This document shows, piece after piece, positions 61,301-64,000 of a stretch of DNA of 64,000 nucleotides. Origin of the DNA: Eledone cirrhosa. Lineage: Eukaryota. Made by a program: the position numbers and the translations under genes. The notes under the pieces were generated by a model. The model was not told the origin of the DNA, did not search any database, and saw only the letters and a list, made by a program, of their open reading frames with translations. The first letter of the stretch is position 1. Every line of letters starts with the position of its first letter. The stretch is from the NCBI GenBank assembly GCA_964016885.1, contig OZ024740.1:318494001-318558000 (forward strand), in the 5' to 3' direction.

Positions 61301-64000
61301 ATCCAGCATTGTCTCGTCTATTTCCACAACTCACATTCTATCTGACATTCTAACGACTCTACCAATTCGCTGTATTTCTACTACAATACTAACGTCAAAT
61401 AATCCAGGATTGTCTCGTCCATTTCCACAACTTACGTTCTATCTGACATTCTAACGACTCTACCAATTCGAAGTCTATCTATTACAATACTAACAACAAA
61501 TAATCTAGGATTGTCTCGTCTATTTCCACAACTTACATTCTATCTGACATTCTAACGACTCTACCAATTCGAAGTCTTTCTACTACAATACTCACAACAA
61601 ATAATCCAGGATTGTCTCATCTATTTCCACACCTTACATTCTATCTGACATTCTAACGACTCGACCCATTCGCTGTATTTCTACTACAATACTAACTTCA
61701 AATAATCCAGGATTGTCACGTCTATCTCCACACCTTACATTCCATCTGACATTCTAACGACTCTACCAGTTCGCTGTATTTCTACTACAATACTCACAAC
61801 AAATAAACCAGTATCGTCTCGTCTATTTCCACAACTTACATTCTATCTTACATACTAACGACTCTACCAATTCGAAGTCTTTCTACTACAATACTAACTT
61901 TAAATAATCCAGGATTGTCTCCTCTATTTCAACAACTTACATTCTATCTTACGTTCTAACGACTCTACGAATCCGATGTGTTTCTACTATAATACTCACA
62001 ACAAATAATCCAGGATTGTCTCGTCTATCTCCAGACATTACATTCTATCTGACATTCTAACGACTCTACCAGTTCGCTGTATTTCTACTACAATACTAAC
62101 TCCAAATAATCCAGGATTGTCTCGTCTATTTCCACAACTTACATTCTATCTGACATTCTAACGACTCTACCTATTCGCTGTATTTCTACTACAATACTCA
62201 CAACAGATAATCCAGCATTGTCTCGTCTATTTCCACAACTCACATTCTATCTGACATTCTAACGACTCTACCAATTCGCTGTATTTCTACTACAATACTC
62301 ACAACAAATAAACCAGTATCGTCTCGTCTATTTCCACAACTTACATTCTATCTTACATACTAACGACTCTACCAATTCGAAGTCTTTCTACTACAATACT
62401 AACTTTAAACAATCCAGGATTGTCTCCTCTATTTCCACAACTTACATTCTATCTGACATTCTAACGACTCTACCCATTCGCTGTATTTCTACTACAATAC
62501 TAAATTTAAATAATCCATATTGTCTCGTCTATTTCCACAACTTACATTCTATCTGATATTCTAACGACTCTACCAATTCGAAGTCTTTCTACTACAATAC
62601 TAACTTTAAATAATCCAGGATTGTCTCCTCTATTTCCACAACTTACATTCTATCTGACATTCTAACGACTCTACCAATTCGATGTGTTTCTACTACAATA
62701 CTCACAACAAATAATCCAGGATTGTCTCGTCTATCTCCAGACCTTACATTCTATCTAACATTCTAACGACTCTACCAGTTCGCTGTATTTCTACTACAAT
62801 ACTAACTTTAAACAATCCAGGATTGTCTCCTCTATTTCCACAACTTACATTCTATCTGACATTCTAACGACTCTACCCATTCGCTGTATTTCTACTACAA
62901 TACTAACTTCAAATAATCCAGGATTGTCTTATCTATTTCCACAACTTACATTCTATCTGATATTCGAACGAATCTATCAATTCGAAGTCTTTCTACTACA
63001 ATACTAACGCCAAATAATCCAGGATTGTCTCGTCTATTTCCACAACTTACTTTCTATCTGACATTCTAACGACTCTTCCAATTCGAAGTCTTTCTACTAC
63101 AATACTCACAACAAATATTCCAGGATTGTCTGGTCTATTTCCACAACTTACATTCTATCTGACATTCTAACGACTCTACCAATTCGAAGTCTTTCTACTA
63201 CAATACTAACTTTAAATAATCCAGGATTGTCTCCTCTATTTCAACAACTTACATTCTATCTTACGTTCTAACGACTCTACGAATCCGATGTGTTTCTACT
63301 ATAATACTCACAACAAATAATCCAGGATTGTCTCGTCTATCTCCAGACATTACATTCTATCTGACATTCTAACAACTCTACCAGTTCGCTGTATTTCTAC
63401 TACAATACTAACTCCAAATAATCCAGGATTGTCTCGTCTATTTCCACAACTTACATTCTATCTGACATTCTAACGACTCTACCTATTAGCTGTATTTCTA
63501 CTACAATACTAACAACAAATAATCCAGCATTGTCTCGTCTATTTCCACAACTCACATTCTATCTGACATTCTAACGACTCTTCCAATTCGAAGTCTTTCT
63601 ACTACAATACTCACAACAAATATTCCAGGATTGTCTGGTCTATTTCCACAACTTACATTCTATCTGACATTCTAACGACTCTACCAATTCGAAGTCTTTC
63701 TACTACAATACTAACTTTAAATAATCCAGGATTGTCTCCTCTATTTCCACAACTTACATATTATCTGAAATTCTAACGACTCTACCAATTCGATGTCTTT
63801 CTACTACAATTCTCACAACAAATAATCCAGGTTTGTATAGTCTATTTCTACAACTTAAATTCTATCTGACATTCTAACGACTCTACCAATTAGAAGTCTT
63901 TCTGCTACAATACTCACAACAAATAATCCAGCATTGTCTCGTCTATTTCCACAACTCACATTCTATCTGACATTCTAAAGACTCTACCAATTCGCTGTAT
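55313..64000. repeat. Nested HOR region with 9-monomer subunits and 3130/6260-bp periods
   Basis: Marker gaatccgatgtg at 55406, 57021, 57930, 60151, 61060, 61969 and 63281 (16, 9, 22, 9, 9, 13 monomers). 57021, 60151 and 63281 are each 3130 bp apart. Rare alleles aacAactcta (57111/63371) and cctattAgc (57221/63481) are 6260 apart. Confidence 0.8.

Larger units (their letters stand above)
1..64000. repeat. Tandem satellite DNA array, 101-bp monomer, about 634 copies, single orientation, running off both ends of the window (family unassigned)
   Basis: Monomer 1 is 1-101 and the next starts at 102 (gtactacaatac). Core motifs AATCCAGGATTGTCTCGTCTATTTCCACAACTTACATTCTATCTGACATTCTAACGACTCTACC recur every 101 bp to the end. 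Long-range offsets are multiples of 101 minus the visible deletions, e.g. identical ORFs at 31782 and 40165 are 8383 = 83x101 apart. Confidence 0.99.
43137..64000. repeat. Array domain D: variant subfamily of the right-hand third
   Basis: Variants seen only from about 45 kb onward: tacGaatCcgatg, tttcAacaac, ccagacAtt, aactCcaaa, gactcGaccc, caatTctcac, ccaggTtt, aacttaAattc, attAgaagtc, gactctTcc. Confidence 0.8.

Noticed and set aside
1-64000. CRISPR-like array (regular period with a palindromic element)
   Set aside because: There are no unique spacers. The whole 101-bp unit is repeated, variation is limited to a few alleles, and there is no leader or cas gene.
1-64000. Giant repetitive protein gene on either strand
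   Set aside because: The unit length is not a multiple of 3, stop codons are frequent, and the ORF track shows nothing over 90 aa and nothing on the minus strand.
1-64000. Telomeric repeat, embedded transposon or inversion
   Set aside because: There are no TTAGGG/TTTAGGG/TTAGG tracts and no non-satellite or reverse-oriented segment. Phase accounting (634x101 minus 32 bp) leaves no room for an out-of-register insertion.

Overview
All 64,000 bp are one uninterrupted head-to-tail tandem array (satellite DNA) of a 101-bp monomer in a single orientation. Consensus read by eye: CTACTACAATACTCACAACAAATAATCCAGGATTGTCTCGTCTATTTCCACAACTTACATTCTATCTGACATTCTAACGACTCTACCAATTCGAAGTCTTT (A32 C28 G8 T33, about 36% GC). 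The window holds about 634 monomers. 634 x 101 = 64,034; the window ends 2 bp short of a monomer end, and the other 32 bp match the 20 deletion-bearing monomers I found. I see no genes, RNA genes, transposons, CRISPR array or unique sequence, and the listed ORFs are by-products of the repeat. The informative structure lies in how monomer variants are arranged. There are domains with their own diagnostic variants (about 1-10.9 kb, 10.9-23.6 kb, 23.6-43.1 kb, 43.1-64 kb) and irregular higher-order repeats (HORs). There are two near-identical multi-kb tandem duplications (83/86 and 48/51 monomers) and a 31/62-monomer period at the right end. This is typical of a eukaryotic centromeric or pericentromeric satellite, but I cannot name the family or organism, and centromere function is only inferred. 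I found no evidence for a new protein-coding system. All counts and offsets were made by hand.
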